Origin: Amoebidium appalachense
Taxonomy: Eukaryota; Protista; Ichthyosporea
DNA: 64,000 nt
Reading direction: 5' to 3'
NCBI GenBank assembly: GCA_963693365.1
Contig: CAVNZM010000011.1
Coordinates: forward strand, 6,467,921 to 6,531,920
Under the pieces are notes generated by a model. It did not search any database, was not told the DNA's origin, and saw only the letters and a program-made list of their open reading frames with translations. Shown here piece after piece: positions 1 through 50,852 of this stretch (positions are counted from its first letter, which is position 1; each line of letters starts with the position of its first letter). A program made the position numbers and the translations under genes.

Positions 1-486
1 TCACCCTCGCCCTACTCCCTCCTCCAACCCCTTCTACCCCCCCTCCCCCCCCCCCCCCCCCCCCCCTTCACCAGAGACCCCCCCCCCCCCCAAAAAAAAA
101 AAAATAAAAAAAAATAAAAAAAATAAAAAAAAGCTTACTCACCCCCTCGATCTTTTGCTAATCGGGTGATTTTTTTTTTTTTTTTCCCCCCTGAGATTTT
201 CTTTGGTCGATTCTCGGAGCCAGCTGACATAGTGCATGTAACTTAAACCAAATCTTTGACTTGTCCTCTTCCAAATCTCATCTACACCAGCTTCTCCCCT
301 GCGCACCCTCTCCCCTCCCCCCCCCCCACACACCGAGATTCCCAAGCCTCCAATTTTCTCGTCCCCAGAAATACATTTCATTCATATTATATTCTTTCTT
401 TCTTTCTTTCTCTTTTTTTGCACTCGTACCACCCATTTCAAAAGTGGGTGGGTGGTTGGTGGTTGTGGTGGTGGAGGTTTCAGAAG

Positions 487-755
<269 letters not shown>

Positions 756-1189
756 TGGGTGTGGGTGTGGGTGGGTGGGATGGGGTGGAGAGGAAGGGAG
801 CCGGGAGGGGGGAGGAGGAGTGGAGGGGGTGGAGCGGAGGTGGGAGGGTGTGGGGAAGGCGGGATGGGGGGAGGGGGCGGGGGGTGGTTTTTTTTTTTTT
901 ATTTTTATTTTTTATTTTTTATTTTTGGGGGGGGGGGGGGAGGGGAGGGGAAGAGGGGAGGAGAGGGAAGGGGAAGGGAGAAAGGGGGAGAGAACGAGAG
1001 ATATAGAGATAGATATTGCGATAGAAATAGAGATAGAAAGCAATAACAGCAAATAACAGTGAGAAACAGAGAAGAGAAACAGGGAGGGGAGATTGTTGCA
1101 GCAAAGTGACGAAAATTCTGCAACCCTAGTCGCATATTTTTCGGTTTTTTTATTTTTTTTTATTTAAAAATCTCCCTTTCCGTTCTCAG

Positions 1190-17030
<15,841 letters not shown>

Positions 17031-17065
17031 AAAGAAAAGGTTTTATAGGGGTACTGTGGTCGAAG

Positions 17066-17220
17066 GGATCGGATAGATCGGTGAAATCGGAATTTCGCAT
17101 TTGGGGGCCACACGCCAGGGAAATTTCAGGGGTGTTATAATCAGATATCGATGGATCGGATAGATCGGTGAGATCGATGAGATCGAATTTGGCGTTCGGG
17201 GGGGCACACGCTACGGAAAT
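17066..17220. repeat. Imperfect direct repeat just 3' of the XRCC1 stop
   Basis: ggatcggatagatcggtga...gaattt..g..ttg/cggggg..cacacgc..ggaaat occurs twice. Confidence 0.7.
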
Positions 17221-17487
17221 GGTTTACGGCAGGAGTAGTGGTACACATGCCTTCTCTAACTTATCTTAATAAGTTACTTATATCAAGTTATGTAATCTTT
17301 TATCCTCTAGTGCTAGGACTACTTACAGAAGATTAGAGTACTGTAGATGATAAAATTAAGATACCCCCTCCCTTTGCTTTCGAGTGTCTGAAGCTAAAAT
17401 TTTTAGGTTTTGCACAGTACTAGACACCAGCTTCACTAACAACCTAACATTTATCATCTAGTGTAAATTTAATCCTCTATTACGTGG

Positions 17488-17657
17488 AATAAGAGTAGAG
17501 TAGAGAAAGATCTCCACTCACTTACCCTATTATATATACCTACAAAGCTTACAATAAGAGTAGAGTAGAGTAAGATAAGTCCACAGTTACCCTATGATAT
17601 ATACCTACAAAGCTTACAATAAGAGTAGAGAAGAGAAGAGAGTAGAAAGATCTCCAC
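17488..17657. repeat. About 65-bp tandem duplication
   Basis: ccctat(t/g)atatatacctacaaagcttacaataagagtagag occurs twice; aataagagtagag..agatctccac recurs. Confidence 0.75.
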
Positions 17658-17804
17658 GACTGGCCCTGTAGCCAATTGAATGGAGGTTGTCATCGAATGT
17701 AGTAGTCGAATATCTTGGATGAGTTGGGTAGGGGCAAAGGGGTCGTATGTTTGCAGAGAAGTATTTGTGTAATGTTTCTTTGAAATTCCTTCTTCTTCCT
17801 TTTC

Positions 17805-17835
<31 letters not shown>

Positions 17836-17899
17836 GCCTTCCCCTGGAATGATCGAAGAAACAAAACAGGCGGTGGGGTGTAATTTTTTTTTTTTTTTT

Positions 17900-17930
<31 letters not shown>

Positions 17931-18138
17931 GGGGGGGAGGTACTTCGGTATACATAAAAGAGAAACAGCTAATAAACGTATGAATGGTGCATCTTACGAA
18001 CTGCGCTGCAGACTGCACGAATAAAATCTATTGATGAAAACAGGAGTCGAGCATCCCCCCCCCCCCCCCCCCCCCCCCATACAGAAAATTTTAATGTTTT
18101 TTACGTGGGTGGGGCCTAGTAGTACCCTACCCTTCATA

Positions 18139-18174
<36 letters not shown>

Positions 18175-19045
18175 CCCCCCCCCCCCCCACCCAACCACCT
18201 CCTTCCCCCCCCCCCCCCCTGGGCACAGACACTCCTCTCTACCCCTGCGCGCGCACTCACACGCAAATTTGAACATGTAATGTGAATGTCACCGGCCACA
18301 GCAAATATCACCACCATCAACCACGCACGTACCCATCCCCGCTTTCCACTTAATTTTTTTCTGAAGCACGACCCGTCACTAACCGGGTAACAACATGCAT
18401 ATTTACGACGCTGGTGCCCACGTGCACACTATCGCCAGTTAAATTTTGGGATAAAGCTGCCGTGTGGGTGCAGAATTCAGAAAGGGTCATCTCAGACATG
18501 CACCCCAGGCTACGAACGACCGAGTGCCTGTACGTGCGTGCGAGTGTATGTATGTACGTGCGTGTGCGTGGTTGGTTTGGAGGGGAAAGGTTAAATTGCC
18601 ATTAAGATATATTATAATCAAGAATGTTATCATGTCACAAGCTTGGCCCAGGTGCCTGTCATTCCATCATTTCTTCATTCCACTTACCGAACTGAATAAG
18701 TTAACTTAATTAAACCTTGAAGCACGTAGAACCTAAAACCTCATAAAATTACAAGCGTCAAGGTCCTTCAAATTTGACTTAAAAATCAATCGACAGCATA
18801 TCGTCTGCCCGCACCAGAAATCACAATACCACCACCTCCATCGATATCTCACATTCCATATTTGGATGGGGTGTACATGTGGGCTTGTGCTTGCAAATAT
18901 GCTTGCATAAGCATGTGTATGTATCCGTGCCACCCGGCGTGCGTCGTGACTCCCTGTGACTGTCCGTGTGTGCGCGTGTGTCCGTGGGTGCATGTGTGCA
19001 TGTGTGTGTGTGTGTGTGTGTCACGGTGTGTGCGTGTGTGTCTAA

Positions 19046-20268
19046 ATGGAGTGGTGCAAGGCAAACCTTATGATCCTTAACATAGACAAATGTGGTGTTC
19101 TTGTACCTGATATAGCTAACAATTTACACACATTTACATTATCATCTAAACCTGTACCTATAGTTCCAGAATACAAATATCTTGGTGTTCCGGTTGATTC
19201 TGTTGGTGTTATGTTTCCCCATATGGTCGAAAAGAGGGTAGAGTTGGCTCGTAAGCGGTTAGCTTTCTTCTCGGCTAATATTTTTAAAGACACACCCCTC
19301 CATCCTTCTATTAGACTTACATTTATTCGCACTTTTGTCTTCCCGGCATGTGAATATGGTTTACCCCTTCTCGCCGCTTGGATCAAGAAAGAGAGAACTA
19401 GAGCGCTTAAACCCTTGGCAAATTTCCTTGAAGCAGAAGTTGCCTCCTTTCTATCTAACAACTGTTGTAAACCTGGGCCTGTAACGCTCTCGATATATGG
19501 TCTGGTCCCAATAGCTGCTAGAGTATCCTATCTCGCGCTGAAATTCAATAAGCACATAAGCCGCTTAAAGAAGTATTTGCCCTCCCACCCTCTCTTCTCT
19601 ATCCGACCTGTCCCCTCCTCACCTCTCCCCCTCTTTCCTCCCCTCTCTCTCCCCTTCTCCCCTGGGCACAAATACAAATAAACCCCGCAATAGTGTGTGT
19701 GTGACTTTGGACTGCCACTTACTTATTAAACATGTACACAATCACAAGATAATCACGCAATATAACAAATGGAAAAAGATACCACACGACACTAGACCCG
19801 ATGAAAGCATACACCTTGAAAAACTAAGCCTTATGTCTCGTTTTATATATACTGACCGCCTCAACCATATTGCCAAATATGGCACTCGCAAGTGTATAAC
19901 ACCTAAATACATATTACCTTCCTGTAGAACTGGTCTTTCTCTAGCTGATGGTATTATTGATCAATTACCACGCTTTTACTGTACACGTGCTATACAGTGG
20001 AGATCTAATAAGTATAAGGTGGCATCATTTGCATGCCCAAACAACACACACACACACCAGTTTAACCGGTCATGTATCGCCAAATGTAGTTTGATAGACC
20101 ACATAATACCGCAACACACACACGTCACATTCACAACAGACACCCAGAAAGATAGCCTACCTGTAAATTACAACATCCTTGATTTTATACTAAACACGCG
20201 TAACTACGACCTGTTTATTAGATGTATTGATTGGCTTGAGAAACACATCACTACAAAATTATAGCGCA

Positions 20269-20339
<71 letters not shown>

Positions 20340-20371
20340 CCAGCTGATACCGAGTGTCCCGAGGGGAGCCC

Positions 20372-20425
<54 letters not shown>
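19046..20425 (+). mobile_element. 5'-truncated non-LTR retrotransposon (LINE): RT thumb/C-terminus, (CA)n-containing 3' UTR and poly(A) tail
   Basis: ORF 19046-19681 reads W...N.M.LN.DKC...EYKYLG...RLTFIRTFVFPACEYGL, typical of non-LTR RT domain 7 and thumb. It continues in another frame at 19695-20264 with a Cys/His motif (CPNNTHTHQFNRSCIAKC). Then (CA)n at about 20272-20338 and poly-A at about 20376-20425. No YxDD core or TSD seen. Confidence 0.8.
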
Positions 20426-20426
<1 letters not shown>

Positions 20427-20912
20427 GGGGAACCCCAACTAATTGATTTCTCCTTGTAGTCTTTATGGTGTCTCGCAGAGAAAGTAAACCCTGATATATA
20501 GTCACCACCCGACATCTATGTACGTGATCATGATATACCGCTGAGGGGATATTCCGAGCAAACCCCCCCCCCCATACCTGAGACTGGTTCTCTTTGCCTC
20601 GAGTAAACAGCGTAAACCCCCCTAAATGGTGTGTGCGTGTGTGTGTGTGCGTGAGCCCACCAGTGTGTGCAAATGCGAGTGCGTACCTACACCACGGCAG
20701 GGGCATGCCCGTGTACACTTATAAAGCTTTACATTTTGAAACACCCTGAAGAAAATCACAAGGTACCGTTAGAGTATTTCCCAGTGTATTCGCAATCATC
20801 TACACGCATATCACTGCAATACATCACACTACATGCTCCGAAAAGAACAATCCATAGCACTACTGCACCCAATCATCGGTTCACGTGGTTTATAAATTTC
20901 CTAAAATTTCGA

Positions 20913-32401
<11,489 letters not shown>

Positions 32402-33255
32402 CTTGAGTCTGATCACAATGCACCCTAAAATTGTAATTTCAAACTAATTTGGAATAACCGGTCAGGCAAAATAGCACTACTCTCCCTCAACAATTTGATC
32501 TTTTGGTGATTATGTGCAGACGTCAGGAAACGCACACACACAGGAATTCGAAACACACACACATACAAAAAAAGCCTTTCAAGTGCTGTCCTGCCAAGCC
32601 ACTCCGTCCGTGAGGCTCCGGCTGGGCGGGTTTCCGCTGGAGATTTAGCCCTAAGTCAACGCGTACGAACAAGAGGGCGAAACGATTAGTCTTGGTCACA
32701 AAACTCTTTGATAGAGTCGCCCATGACAGACTAAAGGTATACGGTATTCGCATGGCTTGTGTCAGGCTGCGCGGTGATTGGTCGGACAAATGCTCAAAAA
32801 GCGTTCATGCCATATATGGCTAGGACGCGCTCCTACTTGATTGAATAGGAGCGCACCAACCAGTGCTCACTTTGTTTCATTTCATTTTCTTTCACGTGTT
32901 TTTTGTGTCACATGTGGTGTGGGTTGCGTATAAGCTCGCGTGCTGTGTGTGCGCGCACGGGACACTCTTGAGGTGTGAAACAGTTACGTTCTTCCGGTGA
33001 AGCAAATATGTTTATTCGCTCCAAGCTTGATAGTGCACAACCAAACACCAGAACCACATGCACAGGCTCGTTGCAGATTTTTCTATATTCATTTTTGAAA
33101 GGCTCGTCTCCTTGACAACCCGAGTCTCTATTTAGACGACTACTTTATTACAGCAAGCATGCCTCGGGGTGACAAGGCCCTAGCAATGTTTTGAAGAGTT
33201 GCCAGAGTGCTAATGATTGTTACACGTGTGCACTGGGGCTTCATGATCAGTAACA

Positions 33256-33365
<110 letters not shown>

Positions 33366-33647
33366 CGTGCGCACATGAATGTGACGTGATATCATTATTA
33401 TATATATATGGGTGTGTGGGTGTGTGGGTGTGTTGTGGTGCTATAATAAAGTTTCATGCGTGTACATTTTCACGAATTTTTCGCGGTTTGCTACAAACAT
33501 CTAATGCTATAAACAGGTAACTGAGTACATATGACTATCTATGATCTCATACCTATCGAACTTGCCCACCCTCAGGACGCCTCTGAGGACACACACTGAC
33601 CCCCGGCACGACATTATATCATGTTGCCACTCACAGTGAAATTTTGC

Positions 33648-43928
<10,281 letters not shown>

Positions 43929-45127
43929 GTTTCCTTTTTTTTTTGCCCCTACTACTCTGGTTTTAAGGTTTTGAAGAGGATGCTGGATGGAAGAAATTTG
44001 TGTGCCCCTATAGCCCTTTACAGAGCCGATAATAGTACAGTGCTTAACCCACTCAGTAGAGTCTGAAATCTTATAACCTTTCATACACCTACTTTTCGGT
44101 CGTACGGCTTCTCCGTTTCGAGCTCAGGTTTGCGCCGAAAGGTGACCAACGTCACCGGTACTGGCTGGAATGGAGCAAACGTTTACTGCCATTTATGGCT
44201 AATGTAAACATCGGGTTGCTTTTGATTGGATACAAGCGCACCGATTATTTCTCCTCCAATCAGAATGCTTGATTTGAATGATGAAAAGTCAAAAGTTCGC
44301 AATTTCAAAGCCCGGACTGCCAGGGAATCAACCCGGAGTAGCGAGTGTTTCAATTGGATCGAAGAACTTGCTTCGATAGGTATTCATGGCAGAAACAAAC
44401 AAAGCGTAGACATTGTCTTTTTGAGTGGTAAGAAAGGATATAATTTTCACATTAGCTACAAAGCAAGTCGTACTCGCACATACTCGGTGGTCTAAAGCCG
44501 TTCAAACCCTGCAACTCTTATATAAACGTGGGGCTAGGTGGGGCTAGAATTTATCGCCTGTAGATATAGCATGCGTGACTCTTATCCACTTTTTATCTAC
44601 AAATACGACTTGGTATGCGGCTGCCGCACACACATCGCTCAGCTCTCGAACGTTTTAAAATATAGGAAATAGTGTTGCATGCGTAAATGAGAAAGAAAAC
44701 TAAAACTAGATACACTTATTATCTACTTTCCCTCTTTACCTCATACATGAGTGTTAGAAACAGTTACAGTGCACATGTAGCCTCTGAAATGACCTCAGCT
44801 GCAGCCGCCCCTCTCATCATATGGCCCTCAGCACTGACCAATGAAAAAAAACCATAAATAGACAGTATGTCCGGTCTTGCCATCCAATAATATGCTTTGT
44901 GAGCATTCTACATCAGTGTACCACTTCGCCAATAAATATTGTTGTAAACCCCTACCGGAAAAAAATACCACTTCAACATCTATCTGACAAAAAAGAGTTT
45001 GAAGCCTCACTTTCACAGTTGTTGCTTGAAGTTACATACTAAGTTTGGCGTTAGCACACTGCAAGGTAAACCCACAAAAAACAGAACAGACAATTGTCTT
45101 TATATTCATTCTAGAACGCAAGCAAAC

Positions 45128-46249
45128 ATGAACCTGCTCTCCGTTTCATACGCGGCGTTGGTGGTCGTCCTCGCCTCACCCAGCGATGCCAACCCCATGG
45201 CTTCTGTTGGCTCCCCCTCCACCGTTCAAGCACGTGCACACACCCCAACCACACCTCTCTCTTTCTACGCCCAGTTGCAACGCGTACGCCGCAACTCCGA
45301 ATATCCTGTCGCCGGGGACCCGTGCAAGAAGCAGTCTGACTGCTCCGAGAGAGACATTTACTGCGACGAGAAAAAGGGTGTGTGTGCAATAGTGAAAGAC
45401 GATGGCGAAAAGTGCAAGCTGTGGTACGAATGCGTCGAGGAGTACCTGTGTTTCGAGGGAAAATGCCAGTACGAGCCGGAAATCGACCAAGAGAAACTGG
45501 AAAAGCTGCGTCTTCCTCTCGGTAAAAAGTGCGTAGAGTACTCTGGCAACCCCGCGCAACAGTGCAAGAAGGACGGTTACTGCAAGGATGAAAAATGCGT
45601 TAAGAAGCTCGAAACGGGGGCCGAATGCGACCAAGAAAACGACTACTGCGCCGACGGTCTCACGTGTCGCATGGGGACGTGCCGCGCCAACGACGACAAG
45701 CAGGGTGAGGGGGAGACGTGCGAGAGTAACTGGGATTGTGAGGATGCCCTTCGTTGCAAGGAGAAAACATGCGTAAAGCGAAGCGACGTGGGAAAGGAAT
45801 GCGAAGACAGCACCGAGTGTCTTGATACCCTCTCGTGCCGCCAAGGAAAATGCCGCTCTTCGGACGATAAGGTTGGGGCCGGGGAAAAGTGCGAGAGCTG
45901 GGCGGACTGTCAGGACGGCTACGACTGTAAACGAAAGAATGATAAGGATGAACGCACGTGCGAGGAGAAAGTGGGTGAGGGTGAAACGTGCGAAACGTTC
46001 ACTGAATGCAAAGATGGTCTGTCGTGCAGGTTGGGTAAGTGCCGGCCGGACGGGTACAAGGTGGAGGCAGGAGAGAGATGTGACGTGTCGGAAATGTGCC
46101 CGGAGGGTTACTGGTGCAACGTCATGGGCAGGGATGATAAGGGGGAGGTGTGCGAGAAGCGGGCGGAGATTGGGGGCGCGTGCAAAACGTGGATGGCGTG
46201 TCCCGAGGGGTCAAAGTGTAAGGATGGAAAGTGTGCAGAGAAAAACTAG
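45128..46249 (+). CDS. Intronless secreted cysteine-rich repeat protein (373 aa)
   Basis: aaacATG start, hydrophobic signal peptide (MNLLSVSYAALVVVLA), RVRR basic site, then about ten GE.C-x5-C-x5-C-x4-C type modules. Coding-like composition, free of microsatellites. Confidence 0.85.
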   Translation: MNLLSVSYAALVVVLASPSDANPMASVGSPSTVQARAHTPTTPLSFYAQLQRVRRNSEYPVAGDPCKKQSDCSERDIYCDEKKGVCAIVKDDGEKCKLWYECVEEYLCFEGKCQYEPEIDQEKLEKLRLPLGKKCVEYSGNPAQQCKKDGYCKDEKCVKKLETGAECDQENDYCADGLTCRMGTCRANDDKQGEGETCESNWDCEDALRCKEKTCVKRSDVGKECEDSTECLDTLSCRQGKCRSSDDKVGAGEKCESWADCQDGYDCKRKNDKDERTCEEKVGEGETCETFTECKDGLSCRLGKCRPDGYKVEAGERCDVSEMCPEGYWCNVMGRDDKGEVCEKRAEIGGACKTWMACPEGSKCKDGKCAEKN

Positions 46250-46826
46250 GATAACGGAGATAGCCAGGGGGAGGAGGATGCCGAACTCGAATCATGATTA
46301 GTGTTTACTTAAAATATGTATATGTTTATTTATATCCGGCCACCAGTTTTCAACATTGTAAATTGGGTTGTGTAAAAATGATTTTGGTTAATACGCCATA
46401 CTTCAAGTTGGTAAAAGCATGTGTTCATAACAGTTGTGTTACTGTAATTATATGCTTGAATTCCAATAATCAAATTACATTATTTCGGTAGGGATGTATT
46501 TTGTTAGATTAGTGTTCTGATGTTACAGTAGATATACATATACCACATGCCTGGGGGTGAGATATGCAGAGCTTGCTGAGTGGAAGACGTCAGCCTCTGT
46601 GAGGTGAGACGGGGTATTTGATTAAAATATTGAGTTTGAAAAACTTGTGGAAACGAAGTGCCTGTGCAATATACATCCTGTGCGCAGACGATGATGCATT
46701 GCCATCATGCTCACCGTTGCTAACGATTTTTTACAGTCGTATTTCCCATAACCTTAGTCGTTCACAATATGTACATACAAACACGCACACGCACACGCAC
46801 GCACACGCACATGCACACGCGCACGT

Positions 46827-46903
<77 letters not shown>

Positions 46904-46988
46904 CACAAAATATCACACACGAACACATAACACTGCAAGACCCAGTATATATACCAATATATATTCGAATTCTCCGGTGCTTATTAAG

Positions 46989-47019
<31 letters not shown>

Positions 47020-47596
47020 CCAATCCCCCCTCCCCCCTCCCCCTCCCCTTCACCCCCCACCTCCCCACCCCCCACCCCAGCCCCGCCCCCGCCCCCAGCC
47101 CCAGCCCCCTTCTCCGTGTGGGCCGTGCCCTCTCGGTACGTAATTAAAACCGTAGAGGCCTCGTTCATACCACAGCCTAATTTCCATATACTATATATAT
47201 TAAATAGAGCGCGAACCTCGTGGCAAATTTAATATGCCATTAGCTCGGACATGATTCGGTGACCGTGAGTTTGTGGTAATTACCTGCAACGTAAGCGACG
47301 GAACTGTACGAGATTTCAAAGATTTAGTTTAAGTCACCGAAGGCGCTAATTTTCTATCCTCACTTTCACTTCTTTCCCTTTTCTTTTTATGCATTCTTTT
47401 ATTTTCTTTTTTTTTGGTGTGGAGCGGAAAGAGGGGAAGCACAAGCAACGGGGTGAGTGGGGATGGGGAAGGCCGGTGGAGGGGTGGACGGGTACACGGG
47501 GTTGGGGTGGAAGTGGGGAGCGGGGGGAGGGGAGAAGGGGATGGGGGGGGGGGGGGGTTGGGCAGAAAGGGTGGGAAGGGGGGGGGGGGGGGACAG

Positions 47597-48250
<654 letters not shown>

Positions 48251-48471
48251 GAGGGGGGGGTTTGGGGGGAGGGGGGGGAGGGGGGGGGGGGGGGGGGGAC
48301 TCAAACATGGGTTAGGCCGTGCCACTAATGCACCAATTGCAAGGGAGAAAAAAAGAAGGGGAAAAAAAAAACTATAAAAAAACCGAAGCCTTTTTGGTGG
48401 TGGTGGCCCCGGTGGCCTGATGGTGGTGGTGGCCGGTGGTGGGTGGGTGGGGTGGGGGGGGGTGGGTGGGT

Positions 48472-48504
<33 letters not shown>

Positions 48505-49064
48505 AGGGGGGGGGAGGGGGGGGGGAGGGGGGAGGGTATCCAACGGCTTGGCAACATGCATGATATATTGACTCTGGCATTATAATATGTTGAAAAGTTC
48601 GGTAACATTAAAACAGGCGAATGTCGACATCAAATATGTACACTAAGGTATCATCCCTGGTTTTCGACAAGTCATGGCATTACATATATAAGACGGTGAA
48701 GAGACGATAAAGGTTTCGAGTTGCTTCATAGAAAGGTTTTCAATGGCACACTAATACTAATACATCTAAGGATAATACAGCAGTGCCTTGAGCAACGAAA
48801 TAATAATATTGGGTGGTAAAAATAATAAAAAAATACTATTTACAATACTATTTGATTGATAACATTGAATAATAAAGCAATTAATATAAGTGATGCCAGA
48901 GGTGGCACGCAAACGTGCCACAGTTTAAATTTCCCATTTTGGGGGATACATAGTGAGTCACCTCCGTAGGAACGGTAGTAAATATATATATATATATATA
49001 TATAATAGCAAGTAAACAATATATTTAAACTAACAAACAGGATATGTGGCACGGGCCATACATA

Positions 49065-50049
49065 CTATAACATAATAACAGTACATAAGTAGCCAGAGAC
49101 GGTGCGGAGTGTACATAAGTGACAAGTCGTATACCAACTGTAAGCTAACATACACCTCGACATGATATACTTATAAAAAAAAGTTAATCGCCGCCCGCAG
49201 TCACCTTGGATAGACTTGTCGACACCACGCCAGGAAATATTCTGTTTGGAGATGCCCATGGGCTCGGTGGTGCATACTAGTACAACAACCGTCATGACGT
49301 CATCCGAGTCTTTATCAGACAACCCCGTCACACCAGTACTGAGACCCGACGACCGGGCAAGAAGGTTAGAGCCCGAGCCGATGGAATTGGCGCCCGGTAC
49401 TGCGTCTTGTATGGTAGATAGACTTGAACCAGTAAGAAGCTTGGAGCCACCAATATTCGCGTCAATATTCGCAGGAATAATCGCTGAAGCAAGACCATGC
49501 ATAGTATGCAGAGTCGAAACCCCAGCAAGAAGCTTGGTGCCGCCGATATTCGCACCAATATTTCCACCAGTATTGGCAGCAATATTCGCGTCAATTTTCG
49601 TTGGATTGACACCCGCAGCATCCGTGAGATTCGACACCGCCGACATGCCAGGGAATACTCGAAACACCCAGGCCAGGAAAATCGAAACACCGGGAAGAAG
49701 CTTTGAGCCGCCTATATTATTATTTCCGCCCACCGTGCCTGTAAAGCAGATAGACTCGACACACCTGAAAGAAGTTTGGAGGGAGAAATAGATTCGGCGC
49801 CTCCGGCCGAGTTATGTAGATTGGACAGAGTAGAAACACCGCAGAGACCGTAGAAACGATTTTTCCCGTAACAAATTTCTGCGAAGAACGCATGGTACGT
49901 GATAGGAAGGAGGAGGATTCGGTGGAGGTTAGGGTGTCTAGTGAGTGAGGTGATAACTCGCTGGTTGTTCGTGTAGCCATAAGTTGGTCTGTGCTGTCCA
50001 GCCTACAGGAGAATATGAAAAGAGAGTGAGCACATGTGAGGTGGATAGC

Positions 50050-50106
<57 letters not shown>

Positions 50107-50726
50107 GGGGGGGAGAGTTGAGGGGGGGGGGGGGGGGGGGGGGAGGGGGGGGAGCGCTCAGGGGGAGTAGGGGGTTATGTATTTAATGTGCTAGAGGGAT
50201 ATGCATGCTGAGGTGTGCATGTGTGTGTCCAATCGATCACGACATATTTTAACATTACAATCTAGATCCAAAATCTAGAGTCACACGAATGCTCCCAGTG
50301 TGTCTCGTCCACGCGATTTGTATAGTTACGGTGGCTCATGCGTAACCAATCGTTATCAAATCTGTGTTACTCGATAATGATTGGAGCCCTGGAAATTGTG
50401 GAATGCCATCATGATCAGTGATCACAGACTGATTTGATCACTGTGGTGAACTTTTAGGCGAAGCAATCTCCTGCCGTACATACCACATATCCGTCCGCAT
50501 GCATTAAAGTATGGCTAAATCTACGTGAAAGCCGAAAATACAGTCTTCAATACCTCTGGAAATACATAGGCTCAGTAATGCAAACATCTTGAGCCGTGGG
50601 GCATTCCCAGGGCTTGAAATGGTCGTCTTGGATCCTTCTAGAAGTAAGCCCAAACACAATTGGCATGAGGGAAAATCCCAATTTTCTGAACACTTTGATT
50701 AGCGCAATATCATTCATTATTATACC
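49065..50726 (-). pseudogene. Degenerate, probably frameshifted gene with NIGGSKLL peptide repeats
   Basis: Phase-compatible candidate exons 50726-50554 and 50002 onward, with sense poly-C in the intron. Repeats NIGGSKLL / NIGGTKLL / SIGSGSNLL lie in ORF 49733-49065. A further SKLLSGVSSLS unit upstream is in a different frame. Confidence 0.35.
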
Positions 50727-50852
50727 CTGTTCTATGATTGGCTTACTTGTGAGCCACCACAACGAGTATATAGACTTCGTCTTGCATGCTACAAATGCCC
50801 AAGAACAACAAACAATTTGAAACGCAAAGCGACCAAGAAAACAAAAACCAAC

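Noticed and set aside
32644-32656. Telomerase-template-like tagccctaag
   Set aside because: Only a partial match to CTAACCCTAAC with no supporting pseudoknot.
45176-45844. Antisense ORFs over the Cys-rich gene (likewise 50916-51446 and 49216-49791)
   Set aside because: Shadow ORFs caused by codon bias on the opposite strand.
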